Source: an uncultured Candidatus Saccharibacteria bacterium
GTDB taxonomy: Bacteria > Patescibacteriota > Minisyncoccia > Phycocordibacterales > PALSA-1337
Assembly (NCBI GenBank): GCA_964467225.1
Contig: CAYXPQ010000001.1
Coordinates: 75,803 to 139,802, forward strand
Direction: 5' to 3'
DNA length: 64,000 bases
The notes below the pieces were generated by a model. The model had not been told where the DNA came from and searched no databases. It saw only the letters and a program-made list of their open reading frames with translations. This document shows, one piece after another, positions 9,195 through 18,046 of the stretch; position 1 is the first letter of the stretch, and every line of letters begins with the position of its first letter. The position numbers were made by a program, and so were the translations under genes.

Positions 9195-9800
9195 ATGAAA
9201 TTTATTCTTGGACGAAAATTAAATATGACTCAAATATTCGATAAAGATGGTGTAGTTCAGCCAGCTACTCTTATCGCAACTACTCCAGTAGTGGTAACTC
9301 AAATAAAGACAAAGGAAAATGATGGTTATGATGCTATTCAAGTTGCAACAGGCAAGACAAATCCAAGTAGATTAAATAAAGCAATGAAGGGTCATGTAAA
9401 GGATCTAGGTGCTTTTACTGATCTCAGGGAATTTAGAGTTGATAATCCAACAAATAAAGTAGGAGACAAAGTTGAATTAACTCAATTCAATCCAGGCGAT
9501 ATTGTAGAAGTTAGTGCAATTACAAAGGGTAAGGGATTCCAAGGTGTAGTTAAGAGACATGGTTTCGGAGGAGGACCAAGAACTCATGGTCAGAAGCACT
9601 CAGAAAGAGAGCCAGGTTCTATCGGAGGAGGATTGAGAAATAAAGTTCCAAAGAAAATGAGAATGGCAGGAAGAATGGGTGGAGATAGAGTTACTGTGAA
9701 GAATTTAAAAGTTCTTCATGTTGATTCTACAACAAATACTCTATATATTTCTGGAGCAGTACCAGGTCGTCGAGGTACATTGATAGAGATCACCTCATAA
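9195..9800 (+). CDS. rplC: 50S ribosomal protein L3
   Basis: 201 aa with L3-like sequence, at the conserved S10-operon position. Confidence 0.93.
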   Translation: MKFILGRKLNMTQIFDKDGVVQPATLIATTPVVVTQIKTKENDGYDAIQVATGKTNPSRLNKAMKGHVKDLGAFTDLREFRVDNPTNKVGDKVELTQFNPGDIVEVSAITKGKGFQGVVKRHGFGGGPRTHGQKHSEREPGSIGGGLRNKVPKKMRMAGRMGGDRVTVKNLKVLHVDSTTNTLYISGAVPGRRGTLIEITS

Positions 9801-9805
9801 ATTTT

Positions 9806-10459
9806 ATGGAACATATAATATACAATCAGAAAGGAAAGGAAGCAGGAAAGATTAAATTACCAGAATCAGTTTTTGGTATTGCTTGGAATGCAGACTTGGT
9901 TCATCAAGTTGTTACATCAATGATGTCTAGTGCTAGACATCCTATAGCTCATACTAAGACTCGTGGAGAGGTAAGTGGAGGAGGTAAGAAGCCATGGCAA
10001 CAGAAGGGTACAGGTCGCGCAAGACATGGTTCTACAAGATCACCTATTTGGGTTGGTGGAGGTATTGCTCATGGTCCGAGGAATGACAAGAATTTCGACA
10101 GAAAAGTAAATAAGAAAGCTAGATCAAAAGCTCTTTATACTATTCTTTCAAAAAAATTAAAAGATGGTGAAATACTATTTGTAGATTCATTGAATTTCTC
10201 AAAACCACAGACAAAGGATGCAAAAGAAATAATTGTTTCATTCTCAAAAATCAAAGGATTTGAGAAATTCTCAACAAAACCAAAAAATGTTGCATTGATC
10301 GCTCTAGACAAGAAGACATCAGAAGTTACAAAGAGTTTCCAGAACTTTGGCAATGTTTCAGTAGAAGAATTGAGAACAATTAACCCCGTTTCACTTATGA
10401 ATCATAAGTATTTGGTTATTGCTAATCCAAAAGAAAGCCTTAAAATTTTTGATAAATAA
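9806..10459 (+). CDS. rplD: 50S ribosomal protein L4
   Basis: 217 aa with L4-like sequence and conserved position. Confidence 0.92.
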   Translation: MEHIIYNQKGKEAGKIKLPESVFGIAWNADLVHQVVTSMMSSARHPIAHTKTRGEVSGGGKKPWQQKGTGRARHGSTRSPIWVGGGIAHGPRNDKNFDRKVNKKARSKALYTILSKKLKDGEILFVDSLNFSKPQTKDAKEIIVSFSKIKGFEKFSTKPKNVALIALDKKTSEVTKSFQNFGNVSVEELRTINPVSLMNHKYLVIANPKESLKIFDK

Positions 10460-10460
10460 C

Positions 10461-10730
10461 ATGACAACAATAATCCGACCAAGAATAACAGAGAAATCAG
10501 GAATTGCAGGTGAGAACTTGAATGTTTACACATTTGAGGTTTTCAAAAACTCTACAAAGCTCTCAATAGAGAAAGAAATAAAAGCTTTGTACAAAGTTAA
10601 TCCTGAAAAGATTAGAATTATTAATCTTCCAGCAAAGACTATTATTGTCAGAGGCAAAAGGGGCACTCAATCTGCAGTTAAAAAGGCATTAGTTTATCTC
10701 AAAAAGGGAGATAAGATAAATATCGCTTAA
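10461..10730 (+). CDS. rplW: 50S ribosomal protein L23
   Basis: ATG at 10461 immediately after the L4 stop. The product MTTIIRPRITEKS... is L23-like. The longer ORF from 10419 overlaps rplD and was not used. Confidence 0.88.
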   Translation: MTTIIRPRITEKSGIAGENLNVYTFEVFKNSTKLSIEKEIKALYKVNPEKIRIINLPAKTIIVRGKRGTQSAVKKALVYLKKGDKINIA

Positions 10731-10746
10731 ATTTATAATAATCACC

Positions 10747-11607
10747 ATGAAAAGCTATCATCCATCAACACCATCAAGAAGACACATGACTACGATTCCA
10801 TATCGTAAGTATCTTACAGCATCTGAACCTTTCAAAGCTCTTACAAAGGGTATGAAGAGAGATATGGGAAGAAACTCTGCTGGAAGAATTACTGTTAGAC
10901 ATAAGGGTGGAGGAAATAAAAAGCTATATCGTATGGTGGATTTCTCTTATGATAAGAAGAATATTCCTGCTAAGATTATAACTATTGAATACGATCCATT
11001 CAGAACAGGATTTATCGCTCTTGCACAATATGCAGATGGTGAGAAGAGATACGTACTTGTACCAAAGAATATGAAAGTTGGTGATAAGTTCATTGTTTCT
11101 GAGACGGCTTCTATAGAAATAGGCAACAGACTACCATTGAAGAACATTCCAGTTGGAACATTTGTATATAATATTGAGATCAAGCCACAAGGTGGTGCAA
11201 AGTTAGTTAGAGGAGCAGGATCATTTGCTCAAGTTATTGCTAATGATGCAGGATATACTCATATTAAATTACCTTCAACAGAAGTAAGAAAAGTTCATGA
11301 TAATGCATGGGCTACTGTTGGTACAGTATCAAATGATGAAAGCAGACTTGTTAATATTGGTAAGGCAGGAAGATCAAGATGGCTAGGTATACGTCCAACT
11401 GTCAGAGGTTCTGCTCAAAACCCAGTCGATCATCCATACGGAGGAGGAGAGCAGAGAGCGGGTCGAGGTCTACGAAGGCTTAAGACTCGATGGGGTAAGC
11501 CAGCCGGCAAGGGTCAGAAGACAAGAACTCCAAAGAAATATTCAAACATCTTTGTAGTATCACGAAGAAAGGTCGGTAAGAATAAAAATGTAGAGTCAAA
11601 TGGATAA
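10747..11607 (+). CDS. rplB: 50S ribosomal protein L2
   Basis: 286 aa with a C-terminal GGGEQRAGRG..R L2 signature region. Confidence 0.95.
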   Translation: MKSYHPSTPSRRHMTTIPYRKYLTASEPFKALTKGMKRDMGRNSAGRITVRHKGGGNKKLYRMVDFSYDKKNIPAKIITIEYDPFRTGFIALAQYADGEKRYVLVPKNMKVGDKFIVSETASIEIGNRLPLKNIPVGTFVYNIEIKPQGGAKLVRGAGSFAQVIANDAGYTHIKLPSTEVRKVHDNAWATVGTVSNDESRLVNIGKAGRSRWLGIRPTVRGSAQNPVDHPYGGGEQRAGRGLRRLKTRWGKPAGKGQKTRTPKKYSNIFVVSRRKVGKNKNVESNG

Positions 11608-11682
11608 GTTCATTAAAAAAACAAAATCAATAATAGACAATTTGATAATCAGTCTTATTGATTCGCTAAATTAATGAATAAT

Positions 11683-11710
11683 TTGACTTAATACGAAATT
11701 TTGTTAGTAT
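11683..11710 (+). promoter_or_regulatory. sigma70-like promoter TTGACT-N16-TAGTAT upstream of rpsS
   Basis: Lies in the 110-nt rplB–rpsS gap. The same hexamers occur upstream of rpsN. Confidence 0.45.
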
Positions 11711-11718
11711 AAAAAACC

Positions 11719-12066
11719 ATGTCACGATCACTTAATAAAGGACCATACGTTGAAGAGCGACTCTTGCAAAAGATAGCTGGAAAGAAACCTACTGAAACTG
11801 GGGTTATTAAGACATGGTATAGAAGAAGTCAGATTTCTCCTGAAATGGTCGGATTTATCTTCGGAGTATACAATGGGAGACAGCATGTTGATGTACTGGT
11901 CTCAGAGGATATGGTAGGACACAGATTGGGTGAATTCGCTCCTACTCGTAAATTCCTTAGACATGGAGGTAAAATGCAGAAAGAGCTTGAATTAAAGGCT
12001 AAGGAGAATGAAATGGCAGCTGCAAAATCAGCAAAGGAGGCTGCAGCAGCACCTGCTAAAAAATAA
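11719..12066 (+). CDS. rpsS: 30S ribosomal protein S19 (with Ala/Lys-rich C-terminal extension)
   Basis: S19 core GPYVEERLL...[13 protein letters not shown]. It carries an extra ~25-aa A/K/E-rich tail. Confidence 0.92.
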   Translation: MSRSLNKGPYVEERLLQKIAGKKPTETGVIKTWYRRSQISPEMVGFIFGVYNGRQHVDVLVSEDMVGHRLGEFAPTRKFLRHGGKMQKELELKAKENEMAAAKSAKEAAAAPAKK

Positions 12067-12075
12067 TTTAAATAT

Positions 12076-12417
12076 ATGATTACCGCATCACTAAAAAATT
12101 ATAGACAATCACCACGAAAGGTAAGAAGTGTGGCTAATCTTGTACGCGGTAAATCAGTCGATCAGGCTTTAAATACTTTGAATTTCTTGAGTAAAAAAGC
12201 AGCAGACCCACTTTATGGTTTGTTACTTTCTGCAATTGCTAATGCCAAGAATAATTTTAAAATCGAAAAGGACAATCTTATTATAAAAGAAATACGAGTA
12301 GATGCTGGCTATATATTAAAGCGTCGAATGCCAAGAGCTCGAGGGAGTGCATTCCCAATTAACAAAAGAACAAGTCATGTAAATTTGGTACTTACACCAA
12401 AGCCAGTTAAAAAATAA
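12076..12417 (+). CDS. rplV: 50S ribosomal protein L22
   Basis: 113 aa with L22-like sequence and conserved position. Confidence 0.92.
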   Translation: MITASLKNYRQSPRKVRSVANLVRGKSVDQALNTLNFLSKKAADPLYGLLLSAIANAKNNFKIEKDNLIIKEIRVDAGYILKRRMPRARGSAFPINKRTSHVNLVLTPKPVKK

Positions 12418-12421
12418 TTTT

Positions 12422-13102
12422 ATGTCACATTCAGTACACCCATATTCACATAGATTAGGAGTAATACGAGACTGGAAGAGTCGATGGTTCTCTCTTAATA
12501 AAGGATATAGAACAGCCTTGAAGACTGATTTAATTATTCGTGAATTTTTAATAAAAGAGCTTAGAAATTTCTATTTAGCTGATATACATATTGAAAGAAA
12601 TAGAAAGACTTTGAGAATTGTTATTAAAACTTCAAGACCAGGTATGATAATTGGTCGTGCAGCAGATGGAGTTCAAAAGTTAAATCAAAAGATTCTTAAT
12701 TTATTAAAGAAAAAGGGTATAGATCTAGTTGGACAAGAATTGAGATTAGACATTGAAGAAGTTAAGAACCCAGAATCAAATGCATCAATCGTAGCTATGA
12801 TGGTTGCAGAAGGTCTTGAGAAGAGACTTCCATTCAGAAGAGTTCTAAAACAAACTCTTGAGAAAGTTCTGGCTAACAAGGAGGTAAAGGGAGCAAAGAT
12901 CAAACTTGCTGGAAGACTTGGTGGTGCAGAAATGGCAAGACAAGAGGATTTAAAGAAGGGTCAAATTCCACTTCAGACATTGAGAGCTGATATTGACTAT
13001 GCTCGTGAGAAAGCCCATATGACATATGGAGATATCGGTATAAAGGTCTGGATATACAAAGGTCAAATTTTCAGTAAAGATATTAAGATAAATAATAAAT
13101 AA
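12422..13102 (+). CDS. rpsC: 30S ribosomal protein S3
   Basis: 226 aa with KH-domain S3 sequence. Confidence 0.94.
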   Translation: MSHSVHPYSHRLGVIRDWKSRWFSLNKGYRTALKTDLIIREFLIKELRNFYLADIHIERNRKTLRIVIKTSRPGMIIGRAADGVQKLNQKILNLLKKKGIDLVGQELRLDIEEVKNPESNASIVAMMVAEGLEKRLPFRRVLKQTLEKVLANKEVKGAKIKLAGRLGGAEMARQEDLKKGQIPLQTLRADIDYAREKAHMTYGDIGIKVWIYKGQIFSKDIKINNK

Positions 13103-13107
13103 CTACC

Positions 13108-13539
13108 ATGCTTTTCCCTAAAAAAGTAAAATTCAGAAAGTGGCATACTGGCAGGACAAATGCTAAGAAGCTTGCTAATGGTGTAGAGACAAGAGGTGTT
13201 AAATTATCTTTCGGATCATTTGGTCTTAAGGCGCTATCATATGGAAGACTTTCATCAAATGAGATTGAAGCAGCAAGAAAGGTTATGGCAAGATATGCTA
13301 CAAAGTCAGGAAAGGTATGGGTTAGAATTTTCCCTGATAGACCATTTACACAGAAGCCACCTGAAGTTAAGCTAGGAAAGGGTAAGGGAGATCCAGTCGG
13401 ATTCGTAGCCCAAGTCAAAGCTGGTCGTGTACTCTTTGAAATTGACGGAGTTGATGATAAGGTAGCACAAGAAGCTCTGAGAAAGGCTGGTACAAAGATT
13501 TCCGTTAAGACAAAGGTTGTTAGTAGAAATATGATGTAA
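13108..13539 (+). CDS. rplP: 50S ribosomal protein L16
   Basis: 143 aa with L16-like sequence. Confidence 0.94.
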   Translation: MLFPKKVKFRKWHTGRTNAKKLANGVETRGVKLSFGSFGLKALSYGRLSSNEIEAARKVMARYATKSGKVWVRIFPDRPFTQKPPEVKLGKGKGDPVGFVAQVKAGRVLFEIDGVDDKVAQEALRKAGTKISVKTKVVSRNMM

Positions 13540-13552
13540 TTCAAACAAAATT

Positions 13553-13729
13553 ATGAAAGAACTAAAAAATAAAACTCCACAAGAATTGAAAAAACTCGTA
13601 GCAGAGAAGCGAGAGGTTCTTCGTAATTTTAGATTTGGAACTTTGGGTGGAAAGTCAAAGAATGTAAAGCTTGGACATACAACAAAGAAAGAAATCGCAA
13701 GAATAATGACAGAATTGTCACTTCGATAA
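13553..13729 (+). CDS. rpmC: 50S ribosomal protein L29
   Basis: 58-aa ORF MKELKNKTPQELKKLVAEKREVLRNFRF... It is below the length cut-off of the ORF track and was found by manual translation. L29-like coiled coil at the conserved position. Confidence 0.85.
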   Translation: MKELKNKTPQELKKLVAEKREVLRNFRFGTLGGKSKNVKLGHTTKKEIARIMTELSLR

Positions 13730-13745
13730 AAAGTAAAATAATTTT

Positions 13746-14006
13746 ATGGATAAGAAAAATACACAAAATAATACAGTATCAAAAAGAAAGATTCTTTCAG
13801 GAGTTGTTGTGTCCGACAAAATGAAAGATACAATAGTAGTTCTTGTTGAGAGATTTGTTAAGGATAATAAATACAAGAAATACATTACTCTTAGAAAGAG
13901 ATACAAGGTACATGATGCTGGAAACACAAAGAAGATCGGAGACAAAGTCTCAATAGAGTCATGTAGACCTATTTCAAGACATAAGTCTTTTAAAGTAATT
14001 TCATAA
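13746..14006 (+). CDS. rpsQ: 30S ribosomal protein S17
   Basis: 86 aa with S17-like sequence. Confidence 0.92.
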   Translation: MDKKNTQNNTVSKRKILSGVVVSDKMKDTIVVLVERFVKDNKYKKYITLRKRYKVHDAGNTKKIGDKVSIESCRPISRHKSFKVIS

Positions 14007-14016
14007 CAAAACTACC

Positions 14017-14388
14017 ATGATACAACCACGTTCAATAGTAAGAATAACAGATAATTGCGGAGCAAAAATTGGCCGTATATTCAAAGTTCTTGGTAGCTCA
14101 AAGAAGAGATATGCTGAGATAGGAGATTTGGTAATACTTTCTGTACAAAAAGCAGAACCAAGAAAGACAATTAAGAAAAAAGACGTTCTTCAAGGTGTAG
14201 TCGTAAGACAAGTAAAAGCTTATAGAAGGAAGGACGGTTCTTATATTAGATTTGATGAGAATTCAGTAGTTATTCTTGAAAAGGGAAAGAAGGAGCCAAT
14301 TGCAGGTCGTATATTCGGTCCAATTCCAAGAGAGATTGCTGAGAAGGGCTTCCAGACAATTGCTTCTAAAGCACCAGAAATAGTATAG
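14017..14388 (+). CDS. rplN: 50S ribosomal protein L14
   Basis: 123 aa with L14-like sequence. Confidence 0.95.
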   Translation: MIQPRSIVRITDNCGAKIGRIFKVLGSSKKRYAEIGDLVILSVQKAEPRKTIKKKDVLQGVVVRQVKAYRRKDGSYIRFDENSVVILEKGKKEPIAGRIFGPIPREIAEKGFQTIASKAPEIV

Positions 14389-14401
14389 TAATTTAAATAT
14401 C

Positions 14402-14620
14402 ATGAAAATCAAAAAGGATGACAATGTAATAGTTTTGACTGGAAAGGACAAGGGTAAGTCTGGTAAAGTTTTAAAGTCTTTCCCCAAGGAGAATAAAGTT
14501 CTAGTATCAGGAATCAATGTATTTAAGAAACACCAAAGACCAACAAAGCAAGGTCAGAAGGGACAAGTGGTAGAGAAGAGCGGTCCTATTCATGTTTCTA
14601 ATGTTGCATTAAAGAAATAA
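14402..14620 (+). CDS. rplX: 50S ribosomal protein L24 (short, KOW domain only)
   Basis: 72 aa with KOW motif [15 protein letters not shown], at the conserved position. Confidence 0.88.
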   Translation: MKIKKDDNVIVLTGKDKGKSGKVLKSFPKENKVLVSGINVFKKHQRPTKQGQKGQVVEKSGPIHVSNVALKK

Positions 14621-14621
14621 T

Positions 14622-15191
14622 ATGAAAACACATACAGCAAAAACTACATTTGAGATGAATAAGGAGTCTTTCAAGGCTTTGAAGGAGAAATTTGGTCTCA
14701 AAAATCCTATGCAAGCACCAATGCTTTCTAAGGTTGTTATTAGTACAGGTACTGGATCAATTAAAGACAAAAAGAAGATTGAGCTTGTTGCCGATAGACT
14801 TTCAAAAATAACAGGACAGAAGCCAGCTCCAAGATCAAGCAAGAAGTCAATCGCTTCATTCAAAGTTAGACAAGGAGATCTCGTCGGTTATCAAGTAACA
14901 CTAAGAGGTAAGAGAATGTGTGATTTTATTGATAAGCTTATTCATATAGCACTCCCAAGAACAAAGGACTTCCGTGGTATTACAAAGACTGCAGTAGATC
15001 AGATGGGTAACTACACTCTAGGAATCAAAGAGCACACAATTTTCCCTGAGACAGCAGATGAAGATCTAAAGGATGTATTCGGATTTGGTATTACAGTAGT
15101 GACAACATCAAAGAGCAAGGAACAGACATTAGCTTTCATGGAGTATCTCGGTTTCCCATTTAAGAAAGAAGAGGTAAAGAAGAGGGGGTAG
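14622..15191 (+). CDS. rplE: 50S ribosomal protein L5
   Basis: 189 aa with L5-like sequence. Confidence 0.94.
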   Translation: MKTHTAKTTFEMNKESFKALKEKFGLKNPMQAPMLSKVVISTGTGSIKDKKKIELVADRLSKITGQKPAPRSSKKSIASFKVRQGDLVGYQVTLRGKRMCDFIDKLIHIALPRTKDFRGITKTAVDQMGNYTLGIKEHTIFPETADEDLKDVFGFGITVVTTSKSKEQTLAFMEYLGFPFKKEEVKKRG

Positions 15192-15194
15192 GTT

Positions 15195-15224
15195 TGACTA
15201 GAAAAATTACATTTGTTAATATTT
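15195..15224 (+). promoter_or_regulatory. sigma70-like promoter TTGACT-N17-TAATAT immediately after rplE
   Basis: Near-consensus hexamers. It directs plus-strand transcription into a ~60-nt unit that ends at a hairpin and T7 run. Confidence 0.45.
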
Positions 15225-15228
15225 GATC

Positions 15229-15292
15229 ATGAAAGAAACTTTCGGCCGTGGTTTATATACCACACTTGGCGGAGGGTTTTTTTCTTTTAATC
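15229..15292 (+). ncRNA. candidate small RNA / terminator module (could also encode a 25-aa peptide MKETFGRGLYTTLGGGFFSFNLFL)
   Basis: Bounded by the promoter at 15195 and the hairpin GTGGT-ttatat-ACCAC plus gagggTTTTTTTc. It is convergent with the minus-strand gene 15287..15706. Confidence 0.3.
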
Positions 15293-15706
15293 TATTTCTG
15301 TAGGAAATACTGACATTAAATGCTTATTTCTGTTCCTTATATTCTCAGTTATTTGAATACAAAATAGTTCTCCACTTTTTGTTTTTCCGAGAAACCTATG
15401 TAATTTTTCAGAAGATTTATTTGGATTTATTTTTGAAATAGGTTCAATACTCGAATTTTTAATTAAATCCAGAGCACATTCATAATACCTTAATCTTCGA
15501 GTGCGATCATTTGGATTTTTTGTTCTGATATGATCCCAAAAATAGTCAAGAAATATTTTATCCTTATTAAAGTATTTGGATCTAATATAAGGTCTTCTTT
15601 TAGTTTTTGAACATAGTTTTTTATAAATTGATAATGCTTGCGGGTATACATCTTTATAACTTGTACCAGATAACTTTTTAATTTTTGCTTCGTAAAATTT
15701 CCTCAT
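15287..15706 (-). CDS. hypothetical small basic protein encoded antisense within the spc ribosomal operon
   Basis: 139-aa ORF (420 nt without a stop) in AT-rich DNA. It is very K/R-rich. An upstream perfect -35 TTGACA is present on the minus strand near 15752–15757. No family could be recognised. Confidence 0.55.
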   Translation of the reverse strand: MRKFYEAKIKKLSGTSYKDVYPQALSIYKKLCSKTKRRPYIRSKYFNKDKIFLDYFWDHIRTKNPNDRTRRLRYYECALDLIKNSSIEPISKINPNKSSEKLHRFLGKTKSGELFCIQITENIRNRNKHLMSVFPTEID

Positions 15707-15814
15707 TCACTAACCATAACAAAAACACTATTAAGAAAAGCTTAAGAAAAGTGTCAAAAAACAGCATTGGGAAATGGAGGGGTGAGGGTGTCTACATTTA
15801 TTTTATTGAGTAGT

Positions 15815-15843
15815 TTGACTTATTTTTGGCTATTTGATAGTAT
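15815..15843 (+). promoter_or_regulatory. sigma70-like promoter TTGACT-N17-TAGTAT upstream of rpsN
   Basis: Lies in the 245-nt non-coding region before rpsN. It shares its hexamers with the rpsS promoter. Confidence 0.45.
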
Positions 15844-15951
15844 AACTCCACGTTCTAGAAAACAAAGAAATACAAGGAATTAGCGACTTGAAGCATTAAC
15901 CCAGCGAAAACAATAGGGTGAAGCTAACTAGTCCTCATTTTTATTTAAAAT

Positions 15952-16137
15952 ATGGCAAAGACATCAGTAAAAGCACGAGCAGCAAAGACCCCTAAATTCA
16001 AATCAAGGGTAGTTAGACGATGCTTCCGATGCGGAAGAAAGAATGGATATATGAGGGATTTTGATTTGTGCCGTATTTGTTTCCGAGAGTTTGCTAACGA
16101 AGGAGTTATTCCAGGAATAAAGAAATCATCATGGTAA
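15952..16137 (+). CDS. rpsN: 30S ribosomal protein S14 type Z (zinc-binding)
   Basis: 61 aa with C..C...C..C motif CFRCGRKNGYMRDFDLCRIC. Confidence 0.93.
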   Translation: MAKTSVKARAAKTPKFKSRVVRRCFRCGRKNGYMRDFDLCRICFREFANEGVIPGIKKSSW

Positions 16138-16523
16138 CAGACCCAATCGCAGATTTAATAATAAGAATTAAGAATGCTAGCGATGCTGGCAAGGCTTCGA
16201 TAACAGTTCCTTATTCAACTCTTAAAGAGAATATTTCACATGCTTTATTAAAAGGTGGATATATTACTTCAGTAGAAGTTAAGGGAAAGAAAATCGACAA
16301 GACTCTAGAAATAAATTTAGCTTATATTGGCGGCGAACCAAGAGTTCATGGTATTGATAGAATTTCAAAGCCATCAAGACGCTTATACCAAAAGTCAAAG
16401 GATATAAGAATGTTTAAGAGTGGTTTTGGAAATATTGTATTCTCAACACCACAGGGAATACTTCTTGATGCTGATGCAAAGAAGCTTAAGGTCGGAGGAG
16501 AGATTTTATTTAAAATCTGGTAA
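16131..16523 (+). CDS. rpsH: 30S ribosomal protein S8
   Basis: 130 aa with S8-like sequence. Overlaps rpsN by 7 nt. Confidence 0.93.
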   Translation: MVTDPIADLIIRIKNASDAGKASITVPYSTLKENISHALLKGGYITSVEVKGKKIDKTLEINLAYIGGEPRVHGIDRISKPSRRLYQKSKDIRMFKSGFGNIVFSTPQGILLDADAKKLKVGGEILFKIW

Positions 16524-16533
16524 TAAAAATATT

Positions 16534-17067
16534 ATGTCAAGAATAGCAAAAAAACCTATAGCAATACCAGAAAAGACAGAAGTTACATATTCTGCTGGGG
16601 TTCTAACTGTTAAGGGACCTTTAGGAGAAGTAAAGAAGACATTAAGACCAGAGATCAATGTTGCTATTGCTAACAATGAAATTACGCTTATTCCTTCAAG
16701 ACAATCATTGGATGTTCTAGCTCTATGGGGAACATATGCTTCTCATATTAGAAATATGTTTGAGGGCGTTCACAAAGCTTTTGAGAAGAAGTTAATAGTT
16801 GAAGGTATTGGATTCAAGTCAGATATTAAAGGTAAAGAAGTTCATCTTGCACTAGGTTTCTCACATCCAGTTATAAAGGCAATTCCTGATGGTCTAAAGG
16901 TTACTTCAGAAAAAAACGTCATAACAGTTTCTGGTATCGATATAGAGAAAGTAGGTCAATTTGTTGCTCAGATCAGAGCGCTGAAGAAGCCTGAACCATA
17001 CAAGGGTAAAGGAATTCGATATAGTGATGAAGTTATAAGACGAAAGCAAGGTAAGAAGTCTGTATAA
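16534..17067 (+). CDS. rplF: 50S ribosomal protein L6
   Basis: Start chosen at MSRIAKKPIAIPEK (ATG 16534). The longer ORF from 16420 overlaps rpsH in another frame. Confidence 0.9.
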   Translation: MSRIAKKPIAIPEKTEVTYSAGVLTVKGPLGEVKKTLRPEINVAIANNEITLIPSRQSLDVLALWGTYASHIRNMFEGVHKAFEKKLIVEGIGFKSDIKGKEVHLALGFSHPVIKAIPDGLKVTSEKNVITVSGIDIEKVGQFVAQIRALKKPEPYKGKGIRYSDEVIRRKQGKKSV

Positions 17068-17079
17068 TAAATAATTTGT

Positions 17080-17403
17080 ATGAATACAAGCAAACAAAAA
17101 CAATTAAAGATTGCAAGACGACATAATAGAATTAGATCAATTCTATCAGGTACTTCAGAGCGACCAAGACTTTCTGTCTTTAAGTCAAACAAATTCATAT
17201 ATGCTCAGATTATTGATGATACAAAGGGCCATACTCTTGTTCAATCTTCATCAGATGATGCAAAGAAAGTCGGAAGTGATATTGCAAAAAAGGCAAAAGC
17301 ACTTAAGATTGTAAAAGTAGTATTTGATCGAGGAGGATATCTTTATACAGGCAAGATAAAAGCAATAGCAGATTCTGCTAGAGAGGGTGGACTTGAATTT
17401 TAA
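17080..17403 (+). CDS. rplR: 50S ribosomal protein L18
   Basis: 107 aa with L18-like sequence. Confidence 0.92.
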   Translation: MNTSKQKQLKIARRHNRIRSILSGTSERPRLSVFKSNKFIYAQIIDDTKGHTLVQSSSDDAKKVGSDIAKKAKALKIVKVVFDRGGYLYTGKIKAIADSAREGGLEF

Positions 17404-17415
17404 GATTTAAATAAT

Positions 17416-18033
17416 ATGGAACCAGAAATAATTACAACTGAACAAAAGCCAATAGAAAGTAAGCCTGTAGAGAAGGTAGCTGATAAGCCTTTTGATAATA
17501 GACCTCCACGAGATAACAATCGTAGATCTGGTGGTAAGAGACCACAAAGAACAGATAAAGAGAGAGTTAAGCCAGAATTTGATACAAAAATCATTGCAAT
17601 AAGAAGAGTGACCCGTGTTGCTTCAGGAGGAAGAAGATTCACATTCTCTGTAGCAGTAGTATCTGGAGACAAAAAGGGTAGAGTTGGTGTTGGACTAGGA
17701 AAGGCAGGGGATACATCTCTTGCTATTGATAAAGCTACAAGAAACGCCAAGAAAAACATGATAAAGGTTACTCTTTCACCAGCAATGACAATTCCACATA
17801 TGGTAGAGGCAAAATATTCAAGTGCAAGAGTTATGATTATGCCAGCAAGAGGAAGAGGAGTAGTAGCAGGAAGTTCAGTAAGAAATGTTATTGAACTAGC
17901 AGGTATAAAGGATGTATGTGCTAAACTCCTTTCAGGAAGTAAGAATAAGCTTAATATAGCAAGAGTAGCCATAAAGGCTCTTTCCAAGCTTTCAAAATAT
18001 CCAAGAACAGGATCAGTAGTAGCAGCTAAATAA
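17416..18033 (+). CDS. rpsE: 30S ribosomal protein S5 (with ~50-aa basic N-terminal extension)
   Basis: S5 dsRBD and C-terminal domain (IIAIRRVTRV..GGRRF.F...VV.GD). The N-terminal extension is K/R/P-rich. Confidence 0.93.
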   Translation: MEPEIITTEQKPIESKPVEKVADKPFDNRPPRDNNRRSGGKRPQRTDKERVKPEFDTKIIAIRRVTRVASGGRRFTFSVAVVSGDKKGRVGVGLGKAGDTSLAIDKATRNAKKNMIKVTLSPAMTIPHMVEAKYSSARVMIMPARGRGVVAGSSVRNVIELAGIKDVCAKLLSGSKNKLNIARVAIKALSKLSKYPRTGSVVAAK

Positions 18034-18046
18034 TTAATACACTACC

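Noticed and set aside
10419-10460. Upstream extension of rplW ORF (start at 10419) overlapping rplD
   Set aside because: The ATG at 10461 gives the canonical L23 N-terminus immediately after the rplD stop. The extension would overlap L4 coding sequence.
16420-16533. Upstream extension of rplF ORF overlapping rpsH
   Set aside because: The canonical L6 N-terminus MSRIAKKPI starts at 16534. The extension overlaps the S8 reading frame.
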